Source of the DNA: Hormiphora californensis
Lineage: Eukaryota; Animalia; Ctenophora
Assembly (NCBI GenBank): GCA_020137815.1
Contig: CM035357.1
Location: forward strand, 496,001 to 560,000
DNA: 64,000 nt
Direction of reading: 5' to 3'
Shown here: positions 28,441 to 51,895 of the stretch, piece after piece
Layout of the letters: each line of letters opens with the position of its first letter
Position numbering within the stretch: the first letter of the stretch is position 1
Translations under genes and position numbers: made by a program
Notes under the pieces: generated by a model
Told to the model about the DNA's origin: nothing
Database searches by the model: none
The model's input: only the letters and a program-made list of their open reading frames with translations

Positions 28441-29891
28441 AAAACCGTGAATAATTTTGCTTTTGGATGGGGACAAGGTGGGAACTGGCAGTGAACCAAA
28501 ATTATAATGGGCAGGGGAACCCTTTTTGGAAACTGAACATGGGGGGTTTTTTTTTTTAAGGGAAATTAATTTTTTTTTTTCCCCGGGGTTTTCTTTCGGT
28601 TCTTTTCTGGTTCTCTTCAAAAATTTTTGGGCCTTTTCGCGGTTTCCTTCAACGCTATGTCTTTTTCGGGGGTTGTGAACCTTTTCATTCTCCTCCTTTT
28701 TTTAGCAACGGAAGGTTTTCTCTCTCTTTCCTCTACCTCCCCTTTCTTTCCTCTCTCTCTCTCTCTCTCTCCCCCTCTCTCTTCTCTTCTCCTCTCTCCC
28801 TTCTCCCCCCCCTTTTCCTCTCTCTCTCTCCTCTTCTTCTCTTTTCTCTCCTCCCCTTTCCTCTCTCTCCCCTCTCTTTCTCTCTTCTCTCCCTCTTCCT
28901 CTCCCCCTCTCTCTCTCTTTCTCTCTCTCCCTAACTACGCTTCTTCTTTACATGCTCTTCATTTCTTTCTAGTTTTTGCCGCTGCACCACGAATGCTCAT
29001 TTATCCTACCTCGAGTTCCATTTGATATGTCATTATGTCATTATGTCATCTTGCATCTCAAAACCAATCAATATAAGTTTCCCTCCCCCACCTGGCAGAT
29101 CTGTCTGTTGTTACTGCATTGATATGTGTTCCCATAGCAACTCACACACACTGAACATTCCCACAAAACCCCAGGAGCCCGGAGTAAACCCGAACCGGAG
29201 TTTAACAGCGTTTTTATACACTCCCTATAATTTCTGGCGGGCCTTCACTGTCCCTCATTATTACGGCAGACTGCGAATTTGGGGGGGAGTTGGGTCCCGT
29301 TTGAAGGGAAAGGTAGAGGGCCTTGTTAAAACCCTCTCTCTCTATCCGGGGAGGTTAAAAAACAAAAAACTGTCAAAAACGAGTTTACTATTTGATAATA
29401 AAAGAAAGGAAAAGCTCCTGATACAGGGTATACCTATGAACACTACTTGATACGGGCTGAGCCGCCTCAGAAGATGAACTTTTTGGAAAAAAAGGCTTGG
29501 AGGGGGGGGGTGGAGGGGGGGTGGAGGGGGGAGGGGGGGGGGATGTGTATAAAAAAAAGGCCCAGGGGCAAACACAGAATGAAAATCTACACAATGTTTA
29601 TCATAAAAAAAGTAATTTTTGTTTCCTGTGTTTATTTTGGAAACCTTTGTTTCACCGGTGGGCGCGTAAGAAGGAAGAAAGCAAGGATATTAGTAAGCCA
29701 TCAAGGAAATAATAAATAAATAAAAATAACTTTAGTTTTTTATTCGGCTCCAGCTGTTATTTCTCACTCTCCTCCCTAGGAGATATAACCTCCTTTATTA
29801 TACGACACTGGTTTATATTCAGCTTGTTAATTCCCCAAGTTCCATCATCCTGCATGGCGTGACTTGAATTGTACATTATAATTTTAGAAGT

Positions 29892-29972
<81 letters not shown>

Positions 29973-31273
29973 ATCTGCTTGCTACAAGCAGCACTTGGTA
30001 ATCACAAATCAAGGAGAGAGACGTATGTGCTTTAATTTAAGATGCAGAAATCCTTTTCTTACAGCTCTCGCTTGAATTATATCTCGGATTCTCGGTATCT
30101 TATTCGTGTGTCCTCCTCTCTGTTGCCTAGAGCCCTCCATATCTTCTCTCTCAATGCATGTGGAATGAATATCGCCACCTGGAGGCCGATCTATAGTCTG
30201 CCTAGTATTAGTAGTAGTAGTCTGTCATAGTGCCTACTACTACTAATTGTAGCCTCCGAAGTGCGAAGTTTGTTGTTTCTCACTCAATGCCCTCACTAGC
30301 GTTGCTGGTACTGGTGTCACTTAGGGAATGGCCCCGATAGAGCTGTTCACACCAATATCAAGCAACCGAGCTCTTATCAAATCAAATCAATTGGTTTGTT
30401 TAATGTTTACAATTGCAGACCCACCAGATCTTGCTGCATAACTCCCTTTCTCAACAAGGTAGTATTATCTCAACAGGGTTGCTAGCAGCTGTTTGTGTGT
30501 GTAGGAATCTTTGCGTGACAGGTGCAATAGCAATTATCTAGTGACCCTTACAGGCCCCTCTAATATCCATCATCTCTGTATTTATCTTCTTCTGACAGGA
30601 CGCCGGCTTAGCTAGTACGTCCCAATTTCTCAATCCTTCCTAGTTTGCTATTTCTCCCCTCGTTCTCTATCCCGATTTCTGCAATCATTGCTGTCTGCAA
30701 TCATCGGCTGATGCCATATTTTAGTTTTCCAATTTGGCTCTATTTTCTTTTCTTCGTGCCTCCGAGGCTCTCTCTCTCTCTCTCTATCTCTATTTTTCTC
30801 CTACCGACACCAGATCTAGTCGTATCTTCTTTCATTTACCAATCTTGTTTCTCACTACTCTCTTTACTGCAGATCTTGTTTCTTCTGTTTACAGTAAATT
30901 CTACAAGTAGTTGTTTTTAGTATATCCTGGCATTATTCCAGCTTGTTCAATTCCACTTGGCAGGCGCCAGCTTGAAATCCTAAATGGCAGTACAGGCGGC
31001 CCCCAACGGGGGAAAGGGAGGAGTGATTGGACAAGCGGATAAATTTGCAGAACTTCAGAAGATCGTCTATGCAAACAAAAGTACAATAGTAATTTAGTTG
31101 TACGGTCAACGTTGACGTGCTGAGTTCTATGGTTTTGATAGGGTCGCAGTACGAGACAATCTGAACCATTTAGTTTCATGATGCAAATTCTCAGTAAATA
31201 ATGAAGCAAGTCATCAATTATAGCTCCAACTACCCATTTATCACTGCTTCCTATTACAGGTTCTGGAGCCCAC

Positions 31274-32243
31274 ATGGTCTGGAGACATTTGAGAGGGGAG
31301 AGCGAGAACAAAATGGATTCTTGCTGCAAGGTAAATGTCCATTATATTCTTTTTTTTACTTCCCATCCCATCCTATATTTTCGACCCCCCTCCCCTCCTT
31401 CTATCTAATGATATTACTTTTCAAATTTCAATGCCATTTGTTCCCTCCGCAGAGTAAGCCACATCACGAAATCTATGTACAACGGGCCCTGAAGCGTGCT
31501 GCACTAAATGAAAACCAATACTCGGTAAGACCTCTTGATCTTTTCATGAATCTAAATTTTTACCTAGACCTACTAAGCTAAAGAGTATGTTGACACTCCC
31601 TCTCTCTCTATTTCAGCGAGACTCGAACTTTATGTGCACGTCAACGCGTGACCAAGTACTCCTAATGTACAGAGCGGCCCAAAAGAACAAGACCAAGGCT
31701 AATCAACTACTCTCCAAGTCACGGAGAGAGCCGGCAGCATACCACCCTGGCATGCTGAGTACTGAGGGGTCCCCTGTTACACCAGGGGAGGTCGTCCCAG
31801 CCGCGGTCACAGATTCTGAGGTATGTAGACGGCGCGCGCGGTGACATCGCTACAGTAAACTGCGCGCGCGTTGGGACAGTTTTCCCACGTTGTTTCCGTA
31901 GCAACGCGGTCCCTTTCACAATAACGATATCCTATTCACATGTCCCTGTCCCTAACGAAACCTTCTCTCATATCCTCAGAATAGGTTTTACAGCGAGTAC
32001 ATAGAAGACGTAGTTGAGGGTGATGTTCCTGTGCTTCAGAAACAACAGGGGTCAACAAGCACGGCAGCGTACAAAAGGATGTGTGCGGATCAGTCTATGA
32101 TCGACCCCTCCCCAACTACCCAGTCCTCTCAGCACCAAAGCTGGCAGCCCCTTTCCATTACAGCGCTAGAGGAGTACTGCCCCCAAATTACAGTAACTGG
32201 GAAGTCAAAGTCAAATGGGAATCACTTGTGGAAAGTCATGTGA
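31274..32243 (+). CDS. TSGA13-like protein, 4 exons
   Basis: Phase-0 exons 31274-31330, 31453-31524, 31616-31820, 31980-32243. C-terminal WQPLSITALEEY..TVTG..G..LW and internal NFM..TRDQVLLM resemble TSGA13 motifs from memory. Confidence 0.5.
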
Positions 32244-32703
32244 CAATGTTTTAGTGTGTGATGTGTGAGTAAACAGTAAACACTGATCTGTGAGAGTGTG
32301 ATACTATCAGTGTGTGATGGGGTTTAAAGAAACATTATGTGGGCGTTTTTTATCAAAGTTTAGTACGTGATTTTGTAGCTTGAATTTTGTTTTGTTAACA
32401 AACTTGGACAATCATCTGATTTGTTAAAAACTGGTACAAAACTAAGGAATTTGGAACATGCTCACTCAGACTCAGAGTCAGCATATCGAATTAAAAGAAT
32501 CCGAATCAGAATTGTCCTGCTCCAGAATGGGAGTCATTCATAGTTCCAACTGAATATCTAAACAGCTACCATTTTGATCCCATATGGTGTCTCTATAGAG
32601 CTCTACCACACACGGCACACACCAACATCTCATCCCCTCATTGTTTCTTTCGACCCTGATCCCCAACCTCCCCAGGATTTCTTGAGTACCCCCACTCAAC
32701 AAC

Positions 32704-33488
32704 TCAGGATAGAACCGAAATAAGTACAGCTGATACTAAAATGACGTGTAACAATATCTGTCCCGCTCCACTATTAGATTCCCCCGTAGGGTCTACATTA
32801 TTTGCCTTGCACTGTGGGACTGAGGATATGCTACCCCCAGAACAGGTCTGCTCAGCCCCATCAGGTGTCACCTAGGTGATGGAATTAGAGGTTAGGTTTG
32901 ATGTGATAAAATTTTGGGAAATGGTCTATGATGGCTTGGTGAGTGTGAGCGAGGTTCGAGCAACATGGTTGCTATGCAACATACCAGATGATAACCAGAT
33001 TGGCAAGTGAAGGTCAACACTGTGCCCTCTGGGTATGGAGCACTGTTCCTCCTTTGTTGTCCAGGTTGTACACTTCCACTGAAGTCTGTTACAGCAGCAC
33101 AGCCCTCTGAAACGAATTGGGATATTTGGGAGCTAGGGTTGGTAACATAGACACATATGTGCGTGCGAGATCAAAGTGAATAGGTGGCAATGGTACCGAT
33201 GAGTTAGGGTTGCCGCGGTCTTGGACAGTGCTATGACGTGTCGAGATATGGGATTTGTATTTAGGGTGATTTGCAGCGTCCTGACGCCATTTGGTGAGAA
33301 ATTTACAAAATCTTCAATGAAAATGACATGGATCAGTGAAAGTTTTCAGGGGGGAAAGTAGGACACTTTTGTAACTTTTAAAATCACCGGTTTCCCTAAT
33401 GTTCAGGGGCTTCCCAAGATTGTCAAAGTGATTTGTATCCTAGCAAACAGTAAACACCTACCTTAATATAGAGAGAGAGACAGAGAGC

Positions 33489-33536
<48 letters not shown>

Positions 33537-36500
33537 TAGAGAGAGAGAGAGAGTGAGGGGGTTTACTGTGATTTGTCACCATGACAACCCCCTGACCAAC
33601 CTACCATAGCAAGTAAAGGTCGGCAACTCGTCATTTACACTCTCTTGGGTTCCATTTTCTATCAGGGGTAAACACTCCACTATTGCTCTGTCAGTAGACT
33701 GGTACAGCTCCTGGGTCTCTGTATCAAATATGGAACCTGCGAGGTTGAGAGATCATGTCAGCTAAACGTTAGGTTGGGCAAAAATGTCATAAGGTTTGAG
33801 AAATTGAGTCTAAGAAGACTTGAGTCTACTACTAAGAAATGTAGAAATTGAGTCTAGGAAATGTAGAAGTTGATGATCAGAGAGATACCTGTGGGACACG
33901 TTACGGTATAGCTGTCTCCGATAAGCAGATTTCCAGTAGAGCTAATGTCAGCATTGGTCACCACTGGTGCCTCACACACAGACACATCTGAGGAGTTTGG
34001 AAGAATATTTAGTGTCTGAACTGTCTGGCGGCGCCAGGCCCCGATTTGATTCTCTGGGTGGGCTAGTGGATGGGGTCTGTGTTTCTGAAGGTATTCTTCT
34101 GGAATTTGGTAGATTATATGAATAATAATTTAGTGTCTGAAGGTGATTCAAAACTTTCGTATCGCATCACATTATGATTTGTTGAGTCAACAAATTGTAA
34201 TACATTGTATCACATTATGAAACTAACTTGTTGAGCAGGTGAACGTTGGATCTTCAAATCCAGCAGTCTCCAGCTCGAGAGTGTTGTTGTGCAGACAACT
34301 CAGGAATCTGGGTCCTACCTGTCATTGGTAGATCGTTATACTACAGAACATTAAACAATAGAAACTACTAGAAACAATGGAGCAAATTTAGAGTTCCATT
34401 CTAAAAAACTATACATATTCTCTTCGCATTAGGGCATAGAACACAAATAAACAAAAGTAGGGTATAACCCCCTGATAAATAAAATGAGGTGTGAGCTACT
34501 ACACAACGTTTGCAGTTTCCACATACCAGAACTTCATCATCATTTAAACAGTACACTTCCACGTTATGTGATCCAGGGAGCACATTGTCACCCTCTACCC
34601 TCTCTACATCAGGGTCTGAGTATCTGTAGTCGTATTCATCCGTGCCCTCCAACCATGCACATGTTCCTAGATGAAGAAATAGAGGATTTAGTTGGGTCAC
34701 TAATAACTTTGCAGAAAATAGAGGAGTTAATTGGGTCACTAACAACTTTGCAAAAGGTCAATTAGGCTACCTCTGATCTGTAAGGTCAATACTAGTCAAT
34801 GTCACCATTACCTTTGCAGATGGGGCAGGATCCCCCGACACAGGAGTATACCCCGTCCTCTCCACAAGAGAACTGATAGGAAGTAGGAGCATCTTCAGGT
34901 AGGGTGTGATCTGCAGCACATGTGATGTCATCCTTAGAAACTGGGAGAGGGAGAGTGATTACTGTCGAAACTTTCAGAGCATTGGCCTGACCCTATTCTC
35001 ATTTCTTTCAAACTGAGAAATTTGGTCAGAGCTTTGGCCTGACAGTGTCGACACAGCGCAGTTAATTAGTTGTCACTGACAACTTGAGAGACTGATTTAG
35101 TACGTGATGCGAATAAGAAAATCATGCCGACCTGTGATTGTTTGTCCGTGCGGTTGTTGTTCTGTTGCCATGGTTACCCCAGACACGGCGTTCACACTTG
35201 GTATATCCAGATTATCTGACGTAGCAGTCGCTGGGCACATCCCTATAAACAAAAATAGTGCTAGAAATTTAACAGTCAAAACTCAAAAGTAATAATTTTA
35301 CTTTTTTAATTAAATATTTACCTTTGCATACAGGGCATGGGTTACAATCTAGCTTTCCTCCAAACGCTGCTACCGAAGTATGGTCACCGCCACTACAGGT
35401 AATCTCAAATTCAGTAGCAGTACCCTGCTCTACTGACAGAGCTGTCCCGCTCTCACAAACAACCTGAACAGTTGTGTTTATAAAGGAGCAATTACTTACC
35501 GAACAAATTTGTTTATAAAGGAGCAAATAGCGAACAAATTTGTTTTATGAAAATGTATTGACGAGGTTTACAACAAATAGAAACACGTTGGTTTACCAAA
35601 CCAACGTGTTTCTATTTGTTGTACTCTGCTCTCGGTTCCACGCCGATAGAGCTCTCTTGTGGCCTACTGAAACAACCATATTGACAAGGTTTATAAAGGA
35701 GTCCATTCTCACATTTGCAGTGGTAGCTGTGTATGTCTCTTCCTGTCTCATTTCCGGTAAAAAGACACTATCAAATTGTATTTGGTTGTTTGTGTCGAAC
35801 ATTGCTATCTTCGGATTCGCTGCACAAACCGCTGAAATGAAAGGAATGCTGTTTAGCATAAAATTGGGGAACTCAAGTTTCAAATAGATTCAGTTTTTTG
35901 TGTGAGTGTCATTCTAATCAAGACCACTATAATTGGTGCGTGATTGTGTCCAATTGGTAAGGATCAGTACTAATTAGGGACATTAACCACGTAATTGTAG
36001 TATACAGCTTACCATGACAAGAGAGTTCTGTCTCGGGATCGGATGACTGTGCTGCGTAGAACGTATTCTTACTGGTATCATTCATACCAGCAGTTCCAGT
36101 ACAATACCCATATACACGCCATTCATCGACACCGTACAGGAAACTATATCCAGGATCACAAGCTATACGGTACTTGACAGACGAGTCTCCTGCAACTAGA
36201 TTCATAACCCGGCTCAAGTCACGTCCATTCTTGTTTAGCTCCCACGATACCCTGGAATAAAGGATAGTATGTTGCAGTAAAGGATAGGATAGTATATGTT
36301 GCAGTAAAGGGTAGGATAGGATAGGTTGCAGTAAAGGATAGGATAGTATATGTTGCAGTAAAGGGTAGGCCGCTTGTTGAGTAAGAGCAGTAGATTCTAC
36401 AGCAGTAGAAGAGGTTGCAACTTGCTCGACCCTTTCTCTGAGAAAGTTTCTCACCACGCACAAAGGAGGTTTAGAACATAACAAAGAAGAGAGGTACAAC

Positions 36501-38413
36501 GTTCGGTCAGTATATTAAGATTGATAATTGGCATGAGTATGTAATAAGGTGTCAATTGTGAACATACCTATAGGTACGGACGAACATTTTCGAATCCGAG
36601 TGGTTAGATCGATCTACATCAGCACAAATATCATCCTTCGTATCTGAAACGATGCTTTTTTAACACTGCCAGGATTGCCTTTTAGCTACATACCACTCGT
36701 AGCTGGCCCCGGCCTTCCCTCTCTCCTACATACCACTCGTAGCTGGCCCCGGCCCCTTCCCTCTCTCTCCTATCCGCACCCATTACAAACGTAATAAAGG
36801 AGGGTTAGAACAAAACAAATACCTTCGGTATTGACACATCCAAAGGAGGGTTAGAACATAACAAATACCTTCGGTATTGACACATCCCAGTTTCAGTTTG
36901 AGATTCTCATCCACCAAGATATCCTTACCCCAGTAGACCTTCTCATCCATGGTTCGGAGGGTATGGTAGCCAATCAGGGTCTGATTGGTATCCGTACATC
37001 CGACATCTGCAAACAAGATGATAGGCCGGTCACCCGTCCTAGACAACTCATTGAATCGACATGTGTTCCCAGTCTGTCGGCTCTCACACCGGGCGGTGTG
37101 AGCTTATGCGAGGCGCTTAAAGGGCCGAACGGACAGACTGCGTAGCATGGCAATCATAGAACACACAATGGCAACACACAATGGCAATCATAGAACACAT
37201 GTGTTCCTTTGATGACTTACCGAGATACTGAACTGTTTTTCCTATGCACTTTTTGACAAAGAAGCCTCTATCTTGCTCCACGCACCCAGTCTCACTTTGG
37301 TTAGCAGGCATGTCATATTGGGAGAGATACGGGTTAGATGCGTTCACACTTTGGCGACGTAGATCGTCCTTATACGCTGCAGGGATGTGTTTTTGATTGG
37401 TCGAGTGCAGGAACCGACCGAATCAGGAAATACTGGTCCCTGATTGGCTGATAACCAGGGAAACTTCGTTACCAGGGAAACATGTGTGTTTTTGATTGGT
37501 TGAACGTGTTAGGGGTTTCTTCCTCGAATATCGAATAGTTATCCATTAGACTTACCTTTACAATTGTGTCTAATGGCATTAGTAATGCCTTCAAATTAGT
37601 CATGATACAACTAGTCACAATTATACTAACCAACTTTTGCTTCTTTGCAGTAAGGTAGAGTGGATGGTGAGAGAATGCCTGTCTCCCCATCTGAGTCTAG
37701 GACACAGGTCGCTATTGGACTGATCCCTGCTAGTGATCCTGTACTATCGGCTGGAAAAACAAAGTACGGCGTTAGTATGTGTATCAAACAGTAAACAAAG
37801 CAGTTGCTATGGTAAACAAAGCAGTTGCTATGGTAAACAAAGCAGTTGCTATGGTAAACAAAGCAGTTGCTATGGTAAACAAAGCAGTTACTATGGTAAA
37901 CAAAGCAGTTGCTATGGTAAACAAAGCAGTTGCTATGGTAAACAAAGCAGTTACTATGGTGACCGAGTAACTCACTAAGATAAAAGAGATCACCACAGGA
38001 CAGAGTATAGCTCTCAAATAATCCAATAGTTGCCTTGTCTGGGGTGATAAATCCATTTTCCAGATTTGGTTTAGTACACGTCACACTGGCTGAAATAGTA
38101 CAGAGTGTTGTATGATTAAGTTTTCACCTTCACTATCACTTGGGCAGACGGTTTAATCTCACCAATCAACAATACAACGCGTGACTGCCGATTGGATACT
38201 GTCAGAACTGTGCAAGCTGCTGTCAGCTGCCAATGCTCTGAGTCTGACAGTTGTTCTCGCGACTATCATGGGCAGGCCAATATGCTCTGACAGGTGCGAC
38301 TGTGCGAGGGGGCTCTTAAAAAGAGAAAGAGTCTTACCATAGCTAGTTGAGGGTTCCACAGAGTTTTGAAGGGATGGGAGGACAAAGTGGCAAAGGAGTA
38401 ACACGATCAGCAT
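32704..38413 (-). CDS. Multi-sushi/CCP-like cell-surface protein with signal peptide and GPI-anchor-type C-terminus
   Basis: MLIVLLLCHFVLPSLQ signal; Cys-patterned exons (TCTKPNLENG..YTLSC, YRIACDPGYSF, PYPEGTVLTFTCQSGYHL); C-terminus ..SNSGAGQILLHVILVSAVLISVLS*. Possible frameshift in the exon near 33050. Confidence 0.7.
37791..37963. repeat. 21-bp minisatellite x8
   Basis: Unit GTAAACAAAGCAGTTGCTATG. Confidence 0.95.
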
Positions 38414-38817
38414 CTAATACATGATAATAGATAAGATAACACATGTAATAGAAGAAATTGGTACAATTTTGTAACAAATGAAGTGCTGGCACGCGACAAG
38501 CTGCTGCACAAAATGAACCTGCAATGTACTAGTGACATGTGCTGCTGCTGTATTCAATGTACACCACTATACACAAGTGTGGGGGGGGGGTCCCAATCGC
38601 CCCCCCCCTACCAAAAAGTTTGAGCAAGTAGGAAGGAATACAAGATAAAGATACATATCACATTGTTAAGTCACTATATTGCTCAAGTATTTAAAAATAC
38701 CTATCTGGGTATAAACCTTCATTTTTCAAAAACATCACGATAATAGTTTTTAGGGAGATACTGTAAAGAAAGGTTTCTTTGGGCCCCCCCAGCTTCTAAT
38801 AAAAATCACACTTTAAT

Positions 38818-39093
38818 ACAGACAGAGACATACAGACAGACAGACAGCAGACAGACAACAGACATACCGACAGACATACAGACAGACAGACAGACAGCCA
38901 GACAGACAGAACAGACAGACAGACACAGACAGACAGACAGAACAACAGACAGACATCACAACAGACCGACCATACAGACAGACAGACAGACCTAAACAGA
39001 CAGACAGACAGACAGACAGACATACAGACAGACAGACAGACGACAGACAGACAGAACAGACAGACAGACCAACAGACATACATACGACAGACA

Positions 39094-39162
<69 letters not shown>
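38818..39162. repeat. Degenerate (CAGA)n microsatellite
   Basis: Direct reading. Confidence 0.95.
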
Positions 39163-39329
39163 TGGCCACTAGCCATGGTTACGTTTTACATTTTGTTGTA
39201 ACGCGCGAAAAGTTTGTTACTAATCTGCGCGGCGTGTTTGCGCGCAGTAGTGTGCGCGCGTACCGTTCGGATCGCAATTTTTAAAATTTGGAGTTTTCAA
39301 ATTTTGAGTTCTATTTTTTTCCTGTTTCA

Positions 39330-39600
39330 CAAAGTCTTGAAGACACTCTCATCCCGAATCTCAACAAGAACAGGAGAACCATATGCTGAAGTCATGGCTC
39401 ACCTCAGAACGAGGTTACGGTTCTCACTACTGAAGACATGCCTCATAGCCTAGAGAGGAAATCGGAGGAAGCAGTAGACTTTCATCAACTACAACGTAAA
39501 ACTATTTATTGAGCAGGAAGATGAATCCGATGTAACAGCCCCAGGGCAGAAAAACGAAACGTTGATAATGTAAAAAAAAAAAAACAAAAAAAAAAAAAAA
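39330..39600 (+). mobile_element. 5'-truncated non-LTR retrotransposon 3' end (CRE-like C-terminus) with poly(A)
   Basis: LKTLSSRIS..TGEPYAEVMAHLRTRLRFSLLKTCLIA*RGNR resembles the end of restriction-like-endonuclease (CRE-clade) ORFs; A-tail at 39573-39600. Confidence 0.6.
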
Positions 39601-39964
39601 CAGAAAAGAAGTCTCAAAATAGTACGAGGGCGATAACCCTGCGATAAAACGATTGGAAGAGACAGTAAACGACTTTGTTTCTGAAGTTTACTGGTTGAAC
39701 CAGGGGCGGTGCGCGGCGTTCAGCCGCTCTGGTCAAAATGCGGCCGAAACATTTTTAACTCGCGCGTTCCGTCGAAATACCCAATGCGGATGATCCGCAT
39801 TGGCTATTTTGACGTAGCGCGCCGATCAAAAAATACTGCGACGGCAAAAAAACCTGTGTGGCGCGCGGATTTCACTAAAAATCTCATTTGAAACATCAAA
39901 TTTTGAGAAAAATTGACCCTTTTCCTTGACTTTTTTCTTTTTCTCTCCGTGACCCAAAGTAAAA

Positions 39965-41090
39965 ATGCGGACGCGTCCGCATCGTCCGCATGGCAGAGCC
40001 GCCCCTGGGTTGAACTCTGCTGATGATCCCAACACGACGAGTATCACATCGGATCAGTTTATTCAATGTTATAAATCGATCCAAGCTGCACCCGACTCAA
40101 TGTTAACCAACGACAGTGTAGCTTCCCCTTGCAATCACTGGGGTTCGTACTTCAGTCACTGTCTCAAGGACTTAACTGCGAATGAAATTATTGAGGCTAC
40201 TTCGCGTATTTTTCTCTCCAGTATGAAACTTGCCAGAGCAACAATGAACAATTTTGAAAATGTTATCAGCGCAGAAAAACTCGAGAAGCAACTACGTGAA
40301 TGCAAAGAAGAACTTGATCGCCACCGTCTTAGCGTGATTGAGCTTCAGCAAACGGTTATTGAAGCCCAAAAGCAACAACTAAGTGCAGTGTCAACTTCGG
40401 TGCAGAAGGTGAAAGCCTACTCTTCTGTGCTTGCACAGAATTGTGCTGCAACCTCCCATAAAGTGGTAAAACCACTAACGTCGCACCACCCTACTCCCGT
40501 CCAACAGCCCGGAAGAGAGAAGAACCTGATTGTGTTTGGTCTCCAAGAAACAACCGATAGAGTAGCTAAAACTACTTTAGACGAACTTTTTGAGGAGCTG
40601 CAAGAGAAACCGAAAGTGACAACGATAAAACGCATCGGGGAAAGAAATGAGAAACGTCCTAGACCGCTCTTAGTATCCCTGGAGAGGAGAGCGACTCTCC
40701 TGGCGCTTCTCAAAAAAGCACGAAACCTCAAAGACTCCAAACAGTTTTCGGCTGTTTATCTATCTCCGGATCTAACGCCCTCTGAACTGAAGGAGCAAAA
40801 AGCTCTCAGGTCCACTTTGAAACGGATACGACTAGAAGATCCAGACGGCTGCTATTTTATCCGTAACAATGTTATCCAAGTGGGATAGTTCCCGACTAAT
40901 TCACCGTTATCAGAGAACCGTGCTAGGAGCAGGCAGTCTGCTGCAGTCCCTTTCAAATGAAGGAAAACGAGTTGTCTGTAATTAAAACTGTGTCAGTGCG
41001 GGATATAAACTATCATTTTTATTATTATTATTATTATTATAAAAAGCGGAATATTAAATATTTGTATGATGATGATTATGATGATGATCG
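39965..41090 (+). mobile_element. LINE ORF1-like intact ORF (39965-40888, 307 aa) with no ORF2, ending in L2-type tails
   Basis: Coiled coil, then REKNLIVFGLQE, RIG..RPRPLLV, VYLSPDLT..EQKALR (RRM/CTD of CR1/L2-type ORF1). GCGGGATATAAA plus (ATT)n at ~41000; a second AAAGCGGAATAT plus (GAT)n at ~41045. Confidence 0.75.
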
Positions 41091-41508
41091 CCATCGCCAA
41101 CCTATTACCTAGCTTGCACTGAGCTTGTTACGTGAAGTGAATAAGTCATAAGAAGAGGATAAGAAGAATTATCAGGACCATGAATTAATTTATTATTTGT
41201 TTTTCTTGTTTTCCCGTTTCAAACAATTATTTTTATTTTTTCTGATTGCTCTGTTGATTGTTCGGGCGACGGGCTTAGTGAACGCCATTTGCATTCCCTA
41301 TTTTGTCCTGAGGAGAAGCTTACTTTGTGTTGTTTGAACCCATATCCTTGTTATCCTCTTGAGAAAGTGATCCATTTTGCTGAAGCCATCTCCCGACTTT
41401 CATTTGGAAGCCAAATTTTGGCTGCTAATTAGACAATCGTGCATTTGGTTTTAGACCTTTCGGTTATTTTCCTTCGCAATACTATATTTAGAAGGTGGTT
41501 GAAGGTTT

Positions 41509-51895
<10,387 letters not shown>

